Below the pieces are notes generated by a model. That model made no database searches, was not told the DNA's origin, and saw nothing but the letters and a program-made list of their open reading frames with translations. A stretch of 55,556 nt of DNA, the filler included, from Sluysia triapertura (Eukaryota), in assembly GCA_046118255.1 (NCBI GenBank). It is 4 parts of 4 records of this genome, joined end to end, with 100 filler letters (N's around TTAATTAATTAA, not from the genome) between each part and the next. Parts side by side here need not be neighbours in the genome. Positions count along the whole stretch, not along the records: positions 40,084 to 55,556 come from JBJNIA010227237.1; 3 more parts are not named here. One strand, 5' to 3'. This document shows, piece by piece, positions 50,796-55,556 of the stretch (within the stretch, counting starts at the first letter, position 1; each line of letters starts with the position of its first letter). The position numbers were made by a program, and so were the translations under genes.

Positions 50796-51653
50796 CTATA
50801 AGAGATTTAGAGATTCGTTTACGTTTATGAATATGTAATCGACGTTTTCGTTTTCTTCGTGCGGAGAACTTTTAGAATGCTTACGTTTTTTTATTTTCTC
50901 TTTCATTTGAAAATTTCTTTTCATCATGTCTTTTATGCTGTTTAAAAACTTCTTTATGCGATTTGTTTTCTTGGTTTTTTGACGATCTATCGTAACTTCG
51001 ATATCGTTTGGGTAATTTTGAAAACATTTACTATGACAACCATCATCGCTTTCTTTGTTTTTTGAACTACGTGAATAAGGTATTCAATAATTTCGGCACC
51101 GGAAAGTTGAAGGAGACAATACAGAGGATTTTCAAGTTAGAAGCAATAAAATGTGAATCATAACACTTACATAAATATATAAATATATATAATCAAACAA
51201 ACAAGATGATAAAAAAGGAAAATATTAATAGTATTACGATATTATTACATATTATTATGAGAATTATTATTACAATGGAAATTATGATAATAATTGTAAC
51301 TCATGATAACTGTACATTATGATTATGTGTTTTGTATAAGTCAGATAATTTGTTTAGTGTTTTGCTTGCATATAAAATGCTAATTTGTAATGGTTTGTGT
51401 GTGGAGTCCGCTACAGTACGTATACATCAAGGTGTGATAAATAGTCGCTGAGTTTGTACAGCATTTTAGTATCATATTCATTACACTTGGATGTTTCACA
51501 TTTACCATTCTCAGTTAAATTATGTACAAATGACTTCGGAACATTATTAGATAGTATCAGAACATTTGTATAACCAATATCATCTACTAAAAATGATTCT
51601 ACTACTTGTAATAAGTAAAATAAAGATATACTCTTCATTATTATCATTTTCAT
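50796..51653 (-). pseudogene. Decayed gene for a signal-peptide, transmembrane, Lys-rich-tail protein (intron 51170-51067)
   Basis: MKMIIMKSISLFYLLQVVES signal-like start; frameshift near 51415; in-frame TGA; hydrophobic segment; gtaagt...cgtag intron leads into SKNKESDDG...KKRKHSKSS. Confidence 0.45.
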
Positions 51654-52209
51654 TTAATCTTCATAATCATTTTTGTATCATAAAAATATTTCAGCAATAA
51701 TAATTGTTTTTTTAAATTTTTTGTTTATAATATTAATATTAATTTTTTAAAATTTAACCCCAATACAATTTGGTATTCGTAAATGATAAATTGAAAACAT
51801 TTGGCAAAATTAAATAATTCATTTGATTAAATTATGTCGCATTCTTCACTTTGAAAAATTATCGAAATGTATTTATTCATTTATTCGTAATTGAATTTAT
51901 TTGACCGAAATATATCCGAAGTCGATTTGAACCTTACGGTTACCTTGAAAAATAGCCAAAAACAAATACAATTATGCAAATTCTTTTGCACTTAAAAATG
52001 GATTCCAAATTGCATAATTTACAACACATCATATAATTAGTCTCTCCTGATTAATTTACACATATACAATTATAGACTTTGTGATAAAAACAAATTCATA
52101 TACACCCACGTACACGTATATGCATATTTACATATACACATGCATACGAACAAGAAGAAAGTGAGAAGGTAAGATAAATTTAACAATTGTGAGAATTAAA
52201 TTTTAATTG

Positions 52210-52450
52210 AATTATTATGAGAATTATTATTGTGAAAGAAGTTATGATAACAATAAATATAACTAAAGATAATTATATACAATGACTATGTTTATGTTTT
52301 GAATGACTCGAGTAATTTACTTAGTGTTTTGTTTATGTAAGAAATGTTCATATGTGACGAAATGTGTTTGTGATTTTGATGTGAAAATGTGGAGTTCACT
52401 ATAGGCAATTATTATTTACATGCAATAGTGAGTAGATAATAATCAGATAA
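52210..52450 (-). pseudogene. Diverged partial paralogue of the 50796-51653 gene
   Basis: LSDY..NST..MNISYINKTLSKLLESFKT vs LSDY..DST..ISILYASKTLNKLSDLYKT; shared attattatgagaattattatt. Confidence 0.55.
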
Positions 52451-53566
52451 AAATACAAATTGTATAATATAATAAATAATAATAATACTATCAAATAAAT
52501 ACTAAAAAAATCGAAAACTTTTGAGGTTTTAGAATTGCGAAATCAACTTTTATAATATTATATAATATAATAGTAAAAGCAAAGAATGAGGAGAAAGATA
52601 ATAAAAAGTAAAGTACAATTTAATTCGAACTTTTGAATCATTATTTTCATCTAAGATTTATGGGCAACCTTTGTTTTAATCTAAACAAAAATGAAAACAA
52701 TCGAGCAAACAAAAGGCGAAACTAGAGAAAAGCAATGTATCCTTTAAATTCCGAAAAAATCATGTCAATTAATAAGCATTAGGTAATTTCGAAGTAACAC
52801 AATATACAAAGATATTACCTATACTTAGTGGTTAAGAACTACTACATCTAATGTAGAGTTAATATTACCTGTCGCAACACTTGAGAACATTTAAATAAGT
52901 ATTCATTTTGACTCTTAAGATTTTATTATTTCCAAGAGATATTTAGTACTTATGCAACATATTCGGTCTTTAAAATATATTAATTTTATTTACTGCAGTA
53001 ATCGATCTAATATAATAATCATAATATTATTATTATATTAGTAATAAACATACTACTAATATTTGTAAATACTACTATAAATAATGATAGTAGTAGTAGT
53101 AGGAAACATTATCATCATAGTTATCTAATTTAAATTTCAAAAATTTTTGGTTTATTTTTGAAGAATGAAAGCTGTTATTGATGCCTTTGAAATTAACAAT
53201 ATTTTGCTTCTTTTACTGAACGATAATAACAGTGTTACAGATTCGGTGAAAGACAAATAAAAGGTTTTACAGTACAGGTTTAAATTAGAACTTTTATATC
53301 GAACATTCACAAGTGTTTTTATGATTATGATATGCATTATTTTAGTCATGTTCACTAAAAGAAATTAATCTATAACAACTATACGGAGACATTTGGTGCA
53401 TCAAATTTAGAAGAACAAGATGGAATACAGCTAAAATTATGAGGATTCATTGTCGTACCTGTAGATGAAAGAATTCGAAGATTATAGAAAATGTTGAAAT
53501 GACAAAATATCTATTCCATGAAACTTATAAATTTAGATGAGAATAACTCTTAATTTTGAAAACTCA

Positions 53567-54517
53567 TTAACTCTGGTGTAGGTATGACCGGTGTTTATTA
53601 TAAGGATTTGAATTAAGATTATTAAAATTGTTCATTAAATTAAAATAAAACTTTAATATCTCATTATTATTAAAAATTATCAAATAAAAATAAAAATAAA
53701 ATTCTATATTATTATATTTACGTGAAAAATGTATAACTAAAATATGAACGAATAAAAGCTTAAAACGGTAAAAGATTTTGATTCGACAAGGTCCATACGT
53801 TCCGTGAACATGGTAGTTAGTTTCAAATGTAGCCACATGGCAAGCTGTACGAAAATCCATATTGTGAGTCGCGACATCTCGGAGGAATTTCAGCTGGATT
53901 TCAACAACGAAATAGTTGATACGATAAAAATTAAAATCGAATTTAGAATAAAATTTAAAATTAACATTAATCAAATCATTATAAAATGTACAATTGTGCA
54001 ACTTATAAAAACCTAAAACTTGTTTAACTAAAAATAAAAAGATATTGCTAAAGGTTGTATTTTGTACAACGTTATTATCTGCGATATAACGACTCAAGGT
54101 ACGTTCAAATAAATCAATGCTAGGATTTATTTGATCCATAAAACGCCGAGCGTATTCTTTATGCAATTTTAAAAAATTGAGTATTAAATCAAAAAATAAG
54201 TCAGGACAGTAAAAATATACAAAATATCTCATCAAATTTTGAAAAACTTTAAAATTTTGACCGTAGATTACAACTAAAACATCTGGTATAGCATCATCTA
54301 GATCCGTCATCTTTATAACTACATGTCCTAGTATAACATCGTCTAGATCCGTCATCTTTATAACTAAATGTTCTGGTATAGTATCCTTTAGATTGATCAT
54401 CTTTATAACTAAGTGTTCTGGTATAGTATCCTTTAGATTCATCATCTTTATAACTAAATGTTCTGGTATAGTACCATCATCATCTTCATATTCATCACAA
54501 TGTTCTATGATCATCAT
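53567..54517 (-). CDS. Intronless 316-aa orphan ORF with N-terminal 15-aa tandem repeats
   Basis: Long ATG-initiated ORF in AT-rich DNA; repeats DTIPEHLVIKM.NLK / D.I..HVVIKMTDLD. Confidence 0.6.
   Translation of the reverse strand: MMIIEHCDEYEDDDGTIPEHLVIKMMNLKDTIPEHLVIKMINLKDTIPEHLVIKMTDLDDVILGHVVIKMTDLDDAIPDVLVVIYGQNFKVFQNLMRYFVYFYCPDLFFDLILNFLKLHKEYARRFMDQINPSIDLFERTLSRYIADNNVVQNTTFSNIFLFLVKQVLGFYKLHNCTFYNDLINVNFKFYSKFDFNFYRINYFVVEIQLKFLRDVATHNMDFRTACHVATFETNYHVHGTYGPCRIKIFYRFKLLFVHILVIHFSRKYNNIEFYFYFYLIIFNNNEILKFYFNLMNNFNNLNSNPYNKHRSYLHQS
54282..54480. repeat. 45-bp coding minisatellite, ~4.4 copies
   Basis: tctggtatagtatcctttagatt(c/g)atcatctttataactaa(a/g)tgt units. Confidence 0.93.
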
Positions 54518-55556
54518 CTTTTAACTAAAAGTTTTACTAAAAAATAATCCTAAATTGTAATTCAAATTATTTTAAAATTACTTGAAAGACTATTTTTAGT
54601 AACAAGGTCAACTGTATATAGCCTTGTTAATTAAAACAAGATGATAAAATTGAAATAATAATAAAAATTAGTAATAATAGTAATAACAAAAATTAATAAT
54701 GAATTAATAATACATAATAAATAAAATAATAATAATCATAGCAAATAAAATTGATAATAATATATAATAATAAAAATTAAAATTTAATAATAATACATAA
54801 AAGTGATAATAAAATTAAAATATTATCCAAAATCCATTTAAATATGATTTGTATGTCTTTGATTGACTAGAAATTAAACATCGCAGCTGAGTGACTTTTT
54901 AAGACGAAATTAATTACAAAATTAAAGCTAAAAATATTGTTTATAAATCCGTTGTTGAAACGAAAAAAAATTTGAACCATGACAGAGATAGTGAATATAT
55001 GTTCTTGTTCAAACCCATAATATTCATCATGATCATCATCATCATCATTTTATAATATACAATATACCAATTACAGATAGACAGAAATTATATTCAAAAC
55101 GATAATATATACAATATATAAAATTCAATTAATAAATTTTAAACATGTATACAAATTTTCGCTAAATTTGCCATTTTATACATTTATAATACTTTAATGT
55201 AAAAATTTGAATAATCAGAAAATATAACAATAATGATAATAAAAGTAAGAATAATAATGACAAAATACATTAAATGCAAGCAATAATACTAATGCTTAAG
55301 ATACCTCTTTTAATTCATTATCCAAATCTTTTTGTGGCCACAAACATAAATATACTTGAAAAAAAAGCTACAAATAAATCGCTTTAACCAATTGTTTATC
55401 TTGAAACAATTAAAATGAGATAAACAATAACAATCAAAACAGAAATGGCAAAACGAAAGAGTGTGAAAGGTTAGACAAGGTTGATAAGGTCGGAGAAAGT
55501 GATCACGGCGGACTAAAAGTAATATTAATAATAAATTATTGTAATTTTAATATATT

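Overview
Very AT-rich eukaryotic (animal-like) draft-assembly DNA read in the standard genetic code, with spliceosomal introns down to 31 nt. It is four probably unlinked scaffolds joined by 100-bp N44-TTAATTAATTAA-N44 spacers: S1 1-12950, S2 13051-26859, S3 26960-39983, S4 40084-55556. S1 is one perfect 6408-bp inverted duplication around a gap, carrying transposon remnants and a few exons. S2 holds intact TSR1 and metaxin-2-like genes, a truncated KDM1B/LSD2-like gene with 31-37-nt introns, a decayed chuvirus-like (class III, gB-like) glycoprotein endogenous viral element, and a piggyBac derivative nested in a LINE remnant. S3 is mostly transposon and repeat debris. S4 holds a 3-exon RASD/Rhes/Ras-dva-like GTPase and several orphan ORFs, one with an Unkempt-like CCCH finger and one with 15-aa repeats built from its own start context. 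I saw no rRNA, tRNA or CRISPR. Family assignments come from remembered motifs; no searches were run.
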